Below, in pieces: positions 35,346-44,950 of a stretch of DNA of 64,000 bases. Each line of letters starts with the position of its first letter. Position 1 is the stretch's first letter. The DNA comes from Spirochaetia bacterium (GTDB lineage: Bacteria > Spirochaetota > Spirochaetia > SZUA-6 > Bin103). Below the pieces are notes generated by a model. It worked only from the letters and a program-made list of their open reading frames with translations. It had not been told where the DNA came from and made no database searches. Location: contig OZ241863.1 of assembly GCA_965203055.1 (NCBI GenBank), positions 3,584,001 through 3,648,000 on the forward strand, written 5' to 3'. Both the position numbers and the translations under genes were made by a program.

Positions 35346-36585
35346 TTTCGAGAATCTCCTTTCTGTGAATATGAACGCTGGCTCTCACCAGATCGGGGTC
35401 TTCACCTATCGTACTCCGCAGATCATCAAGCATTTTCCTGGCCGCTTCCAGGTCTTCTTCTATGGTCCAAAACAAGTCGCTCAGTTGCTTCTTGATCTCC
35501 TGTGGTCGTTCGGGAACGCTCATTACGTCTTCCAGAATCCGTCCCGTCGTCTGGCCGTATGAATCGATCGGCTGGCTGGCACCGACCGTCTCCTCGGTCC
35601 GCTCCAACATCCAGATACGCTCCGGCTTGACGTGGCTGACTACCTGCGGGGAATGCGTCGATACTATGAATTGGCAGTTGCGAAAGGTGTCCTGCAGGGC
35701 CGCAACCACTCGGCGCTGCCAGCCGGGATGAAGGTGCAGATCGATTTCATCGATCAAGACGATGCCCTCGCCGCGGAGAGGGTCTTCAGACGCCGGATTT
35801 GCTATCGCCATTCTCCGTGCCAAGTCTCCGATCATCGCCAGAGCGCACTTCTCTCCGTCGGAAAGCTGGTTCACGATCAGCTCTTCTTCCTGCTTGAAGA
35901 CTACCATGCGCAACGGATTCCGCTTTACCGTGAGACCGGTAAACCCGGGAAGCAAGCGTTCGATTGCGTGCCTTACTGCCCGCAGCTGAAGATCATGGTA
36001 AGACGGCGTCGTCCTGTGTTGCTCGTTTTCAACATCCTCACGGTTCCTGAACCACTCGAAGAACGTCCGGAAGTCTCTCCGATCTCCCGACAACGCCTGG
36101 TCGTAAGCTGCAAGCTGATCGAATAGATGCCCGTTTCGGATCCGCAGCGGAATATCTACTACTGCCCTGTCGACGGGATAATAGACCACAATCGGTAAGC
36201 TAGCAGAGTCGTCTTCCTCGAGCTTCGAATGGATCAGATCAACTATATCTTTGATCTCCGCAAGTCTCGTTATGGTTTGTTGTCTGCGCCCTCTTCGAGT
36301 TTTCGAAACACTCCATTGGTAGGACCTTCCCTGGAATGCCAGGTCGATCTCGTTTCGAGTCTCAGGCTTGCCGTTGCTGATGTCGTTGTCGGTAAAGAAA
36401 CGCCCGGTACCATGGGTCGAGCGGATCCTCCCAACGAGACGCGACAGCATGATCGCCGCGCAGTCCAGGATCGCGGTCTTGCCGGCGCCGTTGACTCCCA
36501 ACAGCACGTTGACCTGCTCCGAGAACTCGAGATTTAGGTCTTGAATGCCTCGGAAACTGGTTAGCGAGAGAGACTTCAATTGCAT
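35320..36585 (-). CDS. ptuA: ABC/AAA ATPase, Septu PtuA type
   Basis: GVNGAGKT, LSDGEK, IDEIDLHLHPGWQ, STHSP. Confidence 0.8.
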   Translation of the reverse strand: MQLKSLSLTSFRGIQDLNLEFSEQVNVLLGVNGAGKTAILDCAAIMLSRLVGRIRSTHGTGRFFTDNDISNGKPETRNEIDLAFQGRSYQWSVSKTRRGRRQQTITRLAEIKDIVDLIHSKLEEDDSASLPIVVYYPVDRAVVDIPLRIRNGHLFDQLAAYDQALSGDRRDFRTFFEWFRNREDVENEQHRTTPSYHDLQLRAVRHAIERLLPGFTGLTVKRNPLRMVVFKQEEELIVNQLSDGEKCALAMIGDLARRMAIANPASEDPLRGEGIVLIDEIDLHLHPGWQRRVVAALQDTFRNCQFIVSTHSPQVVSHVKPERIWMLERTEETVGASQPIDSYGQTTGRILEDVMSVPERPQEIKKQLSDLFWTIEEDLEAARKMLDDLRSTIGEDPDLVRASVHIHRKEILENEAYRQES

Positions 36586-36621
36586 TGCCGTTGCATCCAC
36601 CCGGCAGGTGAATCCACTCCT

Positions 36622-37854
36622 TTAGTAGTTGCCCGCGGCAGCGGTGGCGGCGCGCATCGCGGCGTAGGCTTCGTCGTCCCAGGAGGTCATGCGGCGCAGC
36701 CGCACCGGCACTTCCGCGGGACGCACCGGCCGGCCGCGGCACACCACCAGTTCCGGGCGCAGGCGGCGCTCGCCGACGCGCTCCTGCAGGTGGGAATCCT
36801 GAAACCGGAACTCACCCTCTTGCACCGAGAATACCAGCAGGTCGGCGCTGGCTCCAGGCAGCAGGGTGCCCAACTCCGGGGCGCGCCCGATGGCCTGCGC
36901 CGGGGCCAGGGTCGCCTTCTCCACCACCTCGGCAAGCGTCATGCCCAGCAGCAGGAACTTGGACATGGTGGTAGGCAGGTCGAACACCACCTGCTCGACG
37001 TTGTAGCGATGCAGGTCGGTGCTGATGGTGTCGGGATAGAAGGTGTGCTCGAACGCCTTCAACGCCGTCTCCCAGCGGAAGCTGCCGGAACCGTGGCCGA
37101 CGTCGAACACCACGCCCCGGGCGCGCGCCGCCTTGGCCTCAGGCAGCAACGCGCCGCCGGCAGCGTCGAGAATGCCGTCACCGCGGCCGGTGAAGCAATG
37201 CGTGACGATGTCCCCTTCGCGCAGGCGCCGCAGCACTTCGCGCGTATCGCCCCGGACGCTGATGTGCACCATCATGCGCGAGCCGCTGGCGGCGGCGGCG
37301 CGCCGCGCCAACTCCACCGCTTCCACGTTGTGGCCCAAGGCCATGGTGCCGGCGCGGAACTTCACCCCCAAGGCAATGTCACGGTGTTCGCGGATCGCCG
37401 CCGCGGTTTCCTGCGGGCGGGCGTACCGCAGGTCGAGCAACTCGCCGAGCGCCGCGGTGGGGATTCCCAGACAGCCGAGGTGGATGAACGGCAGAATGCG
37501 CAGCGCGGCCCCGTCGATGGCGGTACGCCGGAACTCCGGGAAGTTGACGCAGCCGCAGGTGCCGGCGTCGACCGCGGTGGTGACCCCGCCGCGCAACGCG
37601 GCGCGCGGATCGATGCCGAACAGGCTGCCCTCGTAGTAGTGGCCGTGCAGGTCCACCAGACCGGGGCACACGTAGCGGCCGGTGCAGTCCACCTCCGCCG
37701 GCGGGCGCTCTCGTTCTCCCAGACCTCCGATTGGCACGACGCCGGCAATGCGATCGCCGGCCACGACCACGTCGGCCAGGCCGTCGATGCGCCCGGCCGG
37801 ATCGATGACGTGGCCGCCGCGCAGCAGCAGGGTCGGCTCGCGTACCGTCTCCAT
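36622..37854 (-). CDS. Amidohydrolase/deacetylase family metallohydrolase (dihydroorotase-like)
   Basis: PGLVDLHGH, GVTTAVDAG, GVKFR, MVHI, THCF, FDVGHGSGSF, ISTDLH. Confidence 0.88.
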   Translation of the reverse strand: METVREPTLLLRGGHVIDPAGRIDGLADVVVAGDRIAGVVPIGGLGERERPPAEVDCTGRYVCPGLVDLHGHYYEGSLFGIDPRAALRGGVTTAVDAGTCGCVNFPEFRRTAIDGAALRILPFIHLGCLGIPTAALGELLDLRYARPQETAAAIREHRDIALGVKFRAGTMALGHNVEAVELARRAAAASGSRMMVHISVRGDTREVLRRLREGDIVTHCFTGRGDGILDAAGGALLPEAKAARARGVVFDVGHGSGSFRWETALKAFEHTFYPDTISTDLHRYNVEQVVFDLPTTMSKFLLLGMTLAEVVEKATLAPAQAIGRAPELGTLLPGASADLLVFSVQEGEFRFQDSHLQERVGERRLRPELVVCRGRPVRPAEVPVRLRRMTSWDDEAYAAMRAATAAAGNY

Positions 37855-37989
37855 GTCCGCGCCCAGCGTGCCAGAGCCGCCCCCGCGCCGCAAGGCGGCG
37901 CCATCTGCGGTTATGGCGGCCCGTCAGCGCGGACGGCCGGCGCGGGACCGGTTGTAGACGCGCACGCGGACGGCTAACCTTGCAGCGAC

Positions 37990-39699
37990 GTGAACAGCGC
38001 CCCTCCCTCTCCCGCCCCGGACGCCGCCCCCGAGGCGTCCGACTTCATCCGCAAAGCGATTCGCGAAGACCTGGCCAACGGCCGCTTCGACCGCGTCCAG
38101 ACGCGCTGGCCGCCGGAGCCGAACGGCTACATCGGCATTGGCCACGCCAAGGCGATTACCCTCAACTTCGACGTCGCGCGCGAGTTCGGCGGCTTCTGCA
38201 GCCTGCGCTTCGACGACACCAACCCGGAACGGGAACGGCTGGAATACGTCGAAGCGATCAAGGAGGATATTCGCTGGCTCGGCTTCGACTGGGGCGATCA
38301 CGAGCATTACGCTTCCGACTACTACCAGCGTCTCTACGAGCTGGCGGAGCAACTGGTCGAGCAGGGAGACGCCTACGTCGACCGTCTGTCCGCGGAGCAG
38401 ATCAGCGAGTACCGCGGGGTGCCGACCCGGCCCGGCCGCGCGAGCCCCGACCGTGACCGCCCGCCCGCGGAGAGTCTCGACCTGCTGCGCCGCATGCGCG
38501 CCGGCGAGTTCCCCGACGGCTCCTGCGTGCTGCGCGCCCGCATCGACATGGCCTCCCCCAACCTGAACCTGCGCGACCCGGTGATGTACCGCATCCGCCG
38601 CGCCCGCCACTACCGGACCGGCGATGCCTGGTGCATCTATCCGCTCTACGACTGGGCGCACGGCCAGAGCGACTCGATCGAGGGGGTCACCCACTCACTC
38701 TGTTCGCTGGAGTTCGAGAACAATCGTCCGCTGTACGACTGGTTCCTGGACCGGCTGGGGGTGTTCCACTCGCGCCAGATCGAGTTCAACCATCTCAACG
38801 TGGCCTACGCCGTGCTGCACAAGCGCGTCCTGCGCCGGCTGGTGAGCGGCGGCACGGTGCGCGGCTGGGACGATCCGCGGCTGCTGACCCTGCGCGGACT
38901 GCGCCGGCGCGGCTACACGCCCAGCGCCATCCGCGCCTTCGTTCGCAGCGTCGGGCTCACCAAGACCACGGTGCTGATCAGCTACGCGCAACTGGAGTAC
39001 TACCTGCGCCAGGAGCTGAACCGGACCGCCACCCGGGTGATGGCGGTGCTGGACCCGGTGCGGGTGGTGATTACCAACTACCCGGAAGGGCGCAGCGAGC
39101 AGGTGGAGGTAGAGAACAATCCCGAGGACCCCGGCGCCGGAACGCGGCGGCTGCCGTTTACCCGCGAGCTGTTCATCGAGCGCAGCGACTTCCTGGAGCA
39201 AGCGCCGCGCAAGTTCTTCCGCATGGCGCCGGGCCGCGAGGTGCGGCTGAAGGGCGCCTACTACATCACCTGCAACGAGGTGGTGAAGGACAGCGCCGGC
39301 CGCGTGACCGAACTGCGCTGCAGCTACGATCCCGCCTCGCGCGGCGGCGGCACCGCGGACGGGCGGGTGGTGCGCGGCACCCTGCACTGGGTTTCGGCGG
39401 CGCACGCCCACACCGCCGAGGTGCGCCTCTACGATCACCTGTTCACGACCGAGAACATGAACGAGGTCGGCCACGAGGAGCTGGCGCAGCACCTCAACCC
39501 CGATTCGGAGGTGATCCTGACCGGCTGCAAGGTGGAACCGGGGCTTGCCGCGGCGCAGCCGGAGCAGATCTTCCAGTTTCTGCGCCGCGGCTACTTCGTG
39601 GTAGACAACCGCGACTCCCGCCCCGGCGCTCCGGTGTTCAACCGCTCGGTGGGCCTGCGCGACACCTGGGCCAGGCTGCAGCGCGCCGGCGGCGCCTGA
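37990..39699 (+). CDS. glnS: Glutamine--tRNA ligase
   Basis: TRWPPEPNGYIGIGHAK (HIGH-like), LRFDDTNP, WDDPR, LHWVS, FQFLRRGYF. Confidence 0.95.
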   Translation: MNSAPPSPAPDAAPEASDFIRKAIREDLANGRFDRVQTRWPPEPNGYIGIGHAKAITLNFDVAREFGGFCSLRFDDTNPERERLEYVEAIKEDIRWLGFDWGDHEHYASDYYQRLYELAEQLVEQGDAYVDRLSAEQISEYRGVPTRPGRASPDRDRPPAESLDLLRRMRAGEFPDGSCVLRARIDMASPNLNLRDPVMYRIRRARHYRTGDAWCIYPLYDWAHGQSDSIEGVTHSLCSLEFENNRPLYDWFLDRLGVFHSRQIEFNHLNVAYAVLHKRVLRRLVSGGTVRGWDDPRLLTLRGLRRRGYTPSAIRAFVRSVGLTKTTVLISYAQLEYYLRQELNRTATRVMAVLDPVRVVITNYPEGRSEQVEVENNPEDPGAGTRRLPFTRELFIERSDFLEQAPRKFFRMAPGREVRLKGAYYITCNEVVKDSAGRVTELRCSYDPASRGGGTADGRVVRGTLHWVSAAHAHTAEVRLYDHLFTTENMNEVGHEELAQHLNPDSEVILTGCKVEPGLAAAQPEQIFQFLRRGYFVVDNRDSRPGAPVFNRSVGLRDTWARLQRAGGA

Positions 39700-39739
39700 A
39701 ACCGCCCGCCGCCGACCGCCCCGCCGCTCGACTCCGGCG

Positions 39740-40273
39740 CTACTCCGCCAGCGTCCGGCGCCAGTCGGTCAGCGCCGCCGCGGTGCTCGCAAACGCCAGT
39801 TCCTCCCACGGTATGTCCGCGGGCTCGACCCAGCGCAGTTCCAGGGCCTCGGGACCAGGCCGGGGTGCGCCCGCCGTCACGCGCGCGCGGTAGACGATCA
39901 GCACCACCGGCTCGCCGCGCGGGCAGTAGACGCCGAGCAGGCCGCCGACCGCTACCACCACGCCGGTCTCTTCATACGCCTCGCGCGCGGCCGCTTCGGG
40001 CACCGGCTCGCCCCGGTCCACGTATCCCCCGGGGAAGGTCCAGCGATCCCGCGCCGGCTCGATACCGCGCCGCAGCAGCAACACCCGGCCGCCGGCTTCG
40101 ATGATCGTCCCGGCCGCAACCTTGGGATCGGCGTACACCACCCAGCCGCAGCGCGGGCATACCGGCAGGGTCTTGCCTTCCACCTCGCGCCGTACCAGCG
40201 GCGCCGCGCAACGGCTGCAAAAGCGCGCTGCCGGCGCTCCATGATGGGTGTGCGCATGTGGCTGACCGCTCAT
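39740..40273 (-). CDS. NUDIX hydrolase with N-terminal zinc ribbon
   Basis: FCSRC…CPRC and Nudix box GGYVDRGEPVPEAAAREAYEETG. Confidence 0.9.
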   Translation of the reverse strand: MSGQPHAHTHHGAPAARFCSRCAAPLVRREVEGKTLPVCPRCGWVVYADPKVAAGTIIEAGGRVLLLRRGIEPARDRWTFPGGYVDRGEPVPEAAAREAYEETGVVVAVGGLLGVYCPRGEPVVLIVYRARVTAGAPRPGPEALELRWVEPADIPWEELAFASTAAALTDWRRTLAE

Positions 40274-40368
40274 CCTGCCTCCCGCCCGGAGCCTACGCTA
40301 TACGTCCTGAATATGCTAACGGCGCGGTCCCCTCCCTACGCAAGCATGTTTACGCGGTCGCGGTTTCG

Positions 40369-40397
40369 TTGACCCGCTCCGAGACTTGGTGTAAGCT
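40369..40397 (+). promoter_or_regulatory. Sigma70-like promoter of the ABC/sulfatase operon
   Basis: TTGACC-N17-TAAGCT, with a GAGGAG RBS before ATG 40425. Confidence 0.55.
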
Positions 40398-40424
40398 CGT
40401 GCGCACCATCCCGAGGAGAAATCA

Positions 40425-41732
40425 ATGAAACGTGCCGCGTCATTGTTGGCCCTGTTCGTCATCGTAACGGGATTCACATTTGCTACCGGCGCCGAAGAGG
40501 CGGCGGAGTCCGGTCCCGCCGGCAGGCTGTGGGTCGTCTATCGGGCACCGATCTGGTTCGACCGCTGGATCGGTCCGGTGCTGTCCGAGTTCGAGGAGAG
40601 GTATCCATCCGTCGAGGTGGAGATGCAGAACATCCCGCATTCGGAGTACACGTTCAAGATGCAGCTCGCGTTCGCCTCCGGCAACGTGCCCGATCTATTC
40701 GAGCTCAATCTGAACCAGAACTTCGACTTCTTTGCCTCGCAGGGACTTCTCGAGAACCTGCAGCCCTACGTCGTACGGGACGGGTTCCCCATTACCCGGT
40801 TCAGCAGCGCAGTAGTGGAGCGGCTCAGCAAGGACGGCGACCTCTACATCATGCCGATGGGGACGCACCCCGGCATCGCGGCGGTAGCGTACAACAAGAC
40901 TCACTTCGACATCGCCGGCGTGAGCTACCCGGCGGCCGACTGGACCTATGAAGACTACCTGGATATTGCCCGCAAGTTGACGGTGAAGGAAGCCGACGGT
41001 CGCATCGTCCGGTTCGGAACGGTTGCCCCCAAACAGTGGGTTCCCGTCGTAGCCGTGCTGGCGTCGTTCGGCGGCGGCTGGATCGACGATACGGGTACCA
41101 GGTCGGCATTGCTCGACCCCGACTCGGTGGCGGCATACCACTTCATCGACCGGCTCATCAACCAGGAGCGGCTGGCCCCGCGAGACGATGAGATGATCGG
41201 CAACCAGCGCGCGTCGTTCCTGGGCGGCCAGAGCTCCATGTACTTCATGGGCATCTGGGAGATAGGAACCATCACCCGCGGCATGGCGGAAGGCAACGAG
41301 GCGGCCATTGCGCCGATACCCATTGGGCCGGCGGGGCGGATTCCGGCCGGCGCCAACATGGAAGGCTTTGCCATGACTGCCGACGCGGCCAACAAGGAAG
41401 CCGCGTGGGCGATGCTCAAGTGGTTCGGCGGCGAAGACATGCAGCGCCGGGTTACGACCGAGGACCTCAATCTCACGCCGCGAACGGAGATCCTCGACGA
41501 GTTGAACGTCGCCGCCGACTCCTGGAAGGCGCCCTATGTCGAGGCTCTGTTCTCCGGCGAGTTCGTGCCGCCGCCGATTCCCGCCAACTACCGGGTTGGG
41601 GAAATGCGCAATACCATCCAGCAGAATCTCGATCCGGCGTTCGCCGGTACCATGTCGATCGATGAGGCGCTCCGCGCCGCGCACGAAGCGCTGCAGGTGG
41701 TGCTCGACAAACCGGTCCCCGAAGAGATGTAG
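40425..41732 (+). CDS. Carbohydrate ABC transporter solute-binding protein
   Basis: Signal peptide, PDLF, YNKTHFD..GVSYP, WTYED, AAWAMLKW. Confidence 0.9.
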   Translation: MKRAASLLALFVIVTGFTFATGAEEAAESGPAGRLWVVYRAPIWFDRWIGPVLSEFEERYPSVEVEMQNIPHSEYTFKMQLAFASGNVPDLFELNLNQNFDFFASQGLLENLQPYVVRDGFPITRFSSAVVERLSKDGDLYIMPMGTHPGIAAVAYNKTHFDIAGVSYPAADWTYEDYLDIARKLTVKEADGRIVRFGTVAPKQWVPVVAVLASFGGGWIDDTGTRSALLDPDSVAAYHFIDRLINQERLAPRDDEMIGNQRASFLGGQSSMYFMGIWEIGTITRGMAEGNEAAIAPIPIGPAGRIPAGANMEGFAMTADAANKEAAWAMLKWFGGEDMQRRVTTEDLNLTPRTEILDELNVAADSWKAPYVEALFSGEFVPPPIPANYRVGEMRNTIQQNLDPAFAGTMSIDEALRAAHEALQVVLDKPVPEEM

Positions 41733-41735
41733 CGC

Positions 41736-42635
41736 ATGACCCGAAGCCGGCGCCAGGCACTGTACGGATACGCGTTCGTCGCCCCGTTTCTCGCCGGCTT
41801 CGCCTTGCTGATGCTCGGCCCGCTGGTGTACTCGGTGTTCATCAGCCTGACCCGGTACACCATGCTGGCCCGGCCCACCTTCATCGGCATGGACAATTAC
41901 GTCCGCGCCGTTACCGACGATCCGCTGTTCTGGAAGTCGCTTGGCAACACTGCCTACTACGTAGTCATCCACGTACCGCTGGCGTTGGCCGGGTCTCTGG
42001 GATGCGCGCTTATCCTCAACGCATCGCTCAGGGGACGCAACGTCCTGCGCGCCGTCTACTACATACCGGCGATCATTCCCGTGGTCTCCACCGCCTATAT
42101 GTTCCGCTGGCTGTTCCGCACCAACTTCGGTCTGGTCAACACCGTCCTCGGCCTCCTGGGCATCACCGGGCCGGCATGGCTCGGCGATCCCGCCTGGGCC
42201 CTGGACACCATCATCATCATCAGCCTGTGGGGCATCGGCGGGCCGACGGCCATGATCTTCCTCGCCGGCCTCCAGGGGATCGACAGTTCATATTACGAGT
42301 GCGCCAGGATCGATGGCGCGAACCCGCTGCAGACGTTCGTCCGCATCACCCTTCCCATGCTCAGTCCCACGATCCTCTTCAACCTGGTCATCAGTCTGAT
42401 CCATAGCTTTCAGACGTTCGATCTGGTGTTCATCATCACCTCGGCCGGGGGCAGCGGCGCGGGCGGGCCGGCGCACTCGACGTTGTTCTACGTGTTGCAC
42501 CTGTACCGGACCGCGTTCGAGTACTTCGAGGTAGGTTACGGGGCGGCGCTGGCGTGGATCCTGTTCGCCATCATCATGAGTCTGGTTCTCGTTCAGTTCC
42601 GGCTCTCCGACCGATGGGTCTTCTATGGCGAGTGA
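41736..42635 (+). CDS. Carbohydrate ABC transporter permease
   Basis: Multiple TM segments and EAA loop (YECARIDGA). Confidence 0.92.
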   Translation: MTRSRRQALYGYAFVAPFLAGFALLMLGPLVYSVFISLTRYTMLARPTFIGMDNYVRAVTDDPLFWKSLGNTAYYVVIHVPLALAGSLGCALILNASLRGRNVLRAVYYIPAIIPVVSTAYMFRWLFRTNFGLVNTVLGLLGITGPAWLGDPAWALDTIIIISLWGIGGPTAMIFLAGLQGIDSSYYECARIDGANPLQTFVRITLPMLSPTILFNLVISLIHSFQTFDLVFIITSAGGSGAGGPAHSTLFYVLHLYRTAFEYFEVGYGAALAWILFAIIMSLVLVQFRLSDRWVFYGE

Positions 42636-43521
42636 AACGGCGCTGCGCAGGGCCGTACGGCGCCGCCCGCGGACGGCGCCCCCAGGCGGCCGCGCAGCAC
42701 TCTATCTTGGCGCCGTCCTGCTCGCCGCGGTGTTCTCACTGCCGCTGGTCTGGACGCTGTCGACCTCGCTTAAACCGGACAATCAACTGTACCTGGATCC
42801 GCCGCGGCTGTTCCCCTCTCCGGCGGTCTGGCAGAACTACGCCGCGGCGCTGCAGATGGCGCCGTTCGGCCGGTTCGCCTACAACACGCTCGTGATCACC
42901 GCGCTGGCCGGCATTGGCCGCGTCCTGGTCAGCACCGTGATCGCCTACGGCTTCGCCCGCTTTCGCTTTCCCGGCCGGGAGCTGCTGTTCACCGCGCTGC
43001 TCGCCACGATGATGGTGCCGCACGCGGTATTGCTGGTACCACAGTTCCTGTTGTTCAACGCGATCGGCTGGATCAACACGTTCCTGCCGCTCATCGTGCC
43101 CGCATACCTCGGCGGCACCCCGTTCATGATCTTCCTCGGTCGCCAGTTCATACGCTCGATCCCGCGTGAACTCGACCAGGCGGCGGAGATCGACGGCGCC
43201 GGCCCGCTCGCCACGCTGGTGCGCATAATCATGCCGAATGCCACCGCGTTCCTGGCCACGGCGACGATTCTGTCGTTTCAGTGGGATTGGCGGTCGTTCC
43301 TCGATCCTCTGGTCTACCTTCAGAGCCAGAGAAAGTACACGCTGGCCCTGGGTTTGCGCTATCTCGCGGAGCTCGGGGGCGGGGACACGATGGCCGGGCG
43401 GCCGTTCGAGCACTATCTCATGGCCGCCACGCTCGTGGTCGCGGTTCCGGTCGTGGTCGTCTTCCTGCTGTTCCAGCGCTACTTCGTGCGCGGCGTGGTC
43501 ATGTCCGGCATCAAGGGGTAG
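42625..43521 (+). CDS. Carbohydrate ABC transporter permease
   Basis: AYGFARFRFPGR, IPRELDQAAEIDGA, FQRYFVRG. Confidence 0.92.
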   Translation: MASETALRRAVRRRPRTAPPGGRAALYLGAVLLAAVFSLPLVWTLSTSLKPDNQLYLDPPRLFPSPAVWQNYAAALQMAPFGRFAYNTLVITALAGIGRVLVSTVIAYGFARFRFPGRELLFTALLATMMVPHAVLLVPQFLLFNAIGWINTFLPLIVPAYLGGTPFMIFLGRQFIRSIPRELDQAAEIDGAGPLATLVRIIMPNATAFLATATILSFQWDWRSFLDPLVYLQSQRKYTLALGLRYLAELGGGDTMAGRPFEHYLMAATLVVAVPVVVVFLLFQRYFVRGVVMSGIKG

Positions 43522-43541
43522 ACTGTTCAACGGACCCTCGA

Positions 43542-44942
43542 ATGAAGCGCACTCCCAACATCGTGCTGGTGATTTGCGATCAGCTCCAGGTGTGGGCCAC
43601 CGGATGCTACGGCAACACCGCGGTCCGGACCCCGGCCATCGATGCCCTGGCCGCCGGCGGCGCGCGGTTCCAATACGCAGTTTCCAACGCCCCGGTCTGC
43701 ATGGCCGCCCGCTCGGTGATGATGTCGGGCAAGTACAACCGAAGCTGCACCGGCGGCGGCGCCAACGTGTCCTACGCCGGCAAGCCCGGCGACTTTGCGA
43801 TGCCCGAGTATCCCGACACCGGGCGCCCGCATCTGAAGGACGCCACGCTGGCCGAGACCCTGCGCGCCGCCGGCTACCACACCGCGGTCATCGGCAAGTG
43901 GCACATTCACTCATGGCCGCACGACGTCGGTTTCGACTCGTGGCTCATTCCGCGCGTCCACCATGCGCACAGCGCCCAGCTATTCACGGAGAACGGCGGC
44001 CCCGAGTTCGTTGCCCCCGGCTACAGCGTGGACTTCGAGGCAACCCGCGTCGAGCGGTTCCTGGCCGACCGCGCCCGCCGCAGCGAGCCGTTCTTCCTCT
44101 ACTACAGCATCTCCCCGCCGCACTGTCCGGTGGCCGATATTCCGGAGGAGTACCGCACGCGGTACGATCCGCAGCGCCTGCCGCTCAGAGGCAACGTCAA
44201 GCCCGATCGGTCGATCAGCGACCCGGAACGCTGGTACCGGATATACCGCTGGGACTACCGGTACTACTCCCATGGCCTTCCCTATACGCAGGAGCTGCCG
44301 GCGGGTTATGGGCTGCGGGAGCTGACCGCCGAGTATTACGGCGCGGTCACCTGGATGGATGCGGCGGTCGGGCGGATGCTCGCAGCGCTGGACCGGCAGG
44401 GGCTGGCGGACGATACGGTCGTCGTCTTCCTCTCCGATCACGGCGACAATCTGGGCAGCCACGGGCTGGTTCAGAAAGGAACCCCGAACACGGAGTCGGT
44501 CCGCATCCCGCTGCTCGTCCGGTACCCCGGGGTGGTGGACGCCGGACAGGTAGTGACCGGCGTCACCGCCGGAATCGTCGACCTCGCGCCGACCCTGCTT
44601 TCCCTTGCCGGGCAGCAGGCGCCGGCGCACCTGCACGGCAAAGACTGCGCGCCCTGGCTGCGCGGCAGCTCAGGCAGCACGGACGGCGCCGCCGGCGGCC
44701 AGCGCTGGACGTTCTTCGAGACCCGCAAGGGAGCCGGGGTGTACGATCGGCACCTGGTGTACTTCACCAAGCGCTACGCCAAGGACGGGACGCTCGCGGC
44801 CGGCGCTACCTGGCTGGCCGACCTGCGCACGGATCCCCTGGAGCTGACGGCTGCCGAGGGTACCTCGGTCTCCGCGACCGACGCCGCGCGATTGCGCCGC
44901 CTGCTCGGACAGTGGAACGAGAGCACGCCGTTCGGATACTGA
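43542..44942 (+). CDS. Sulfatase (S1 family)
   Basis: PNIVLVICDQ, CMAAR (CxAxR), IGKWH, SDHGD. Confidence 0.9.
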   Translation: MKRTPNIVLVICDQLQVWATGCYGNTAVRTPAIDALAAGGARFQYAVSNAPVCMAARSVMMSGKYNRSCTGGGANVSYAGKPGDFAMPEYPDTGRPHLKDATLAETLRAAGYHTAVIGKWHIHSWPHDVGFDSWLIPRVHHAHSAQLFTENGGPEFVAPGYSVDFEATRVERFLADRARRSEPFFLYYSISPPHCPVADIPEEYRTRYDPQRLPLRGNVKPDRSISDPERWYRIYRWDYRYYSHGLPYTQELPAGYGLRELTAEYYGAVTWMDAAVGRMLAALDRQGLADDTVVVFLSDHGDNLGSHGLVQKGTPNTESVRIPLLVRYPGVVDAGQVVTGVTAGIVDLAPTLLSLAGQQAPAHLHGKDCAPWLRGSSGSTDGAAGGQRWTFFETRKGAGVYDRHLVYFTKRYAKDGTLAAGATWLADLRTDPLELTAAEGTSVSATDAARLRRLLGQWNESTPFGY

Positions 44943-44950
44943 GCACGAGC

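Noticed and set aside
34680..36622. Retron (Ec78-like) system
   Set aside because: No reverse transcriptase in the window and no intergenic space for msr-msd.
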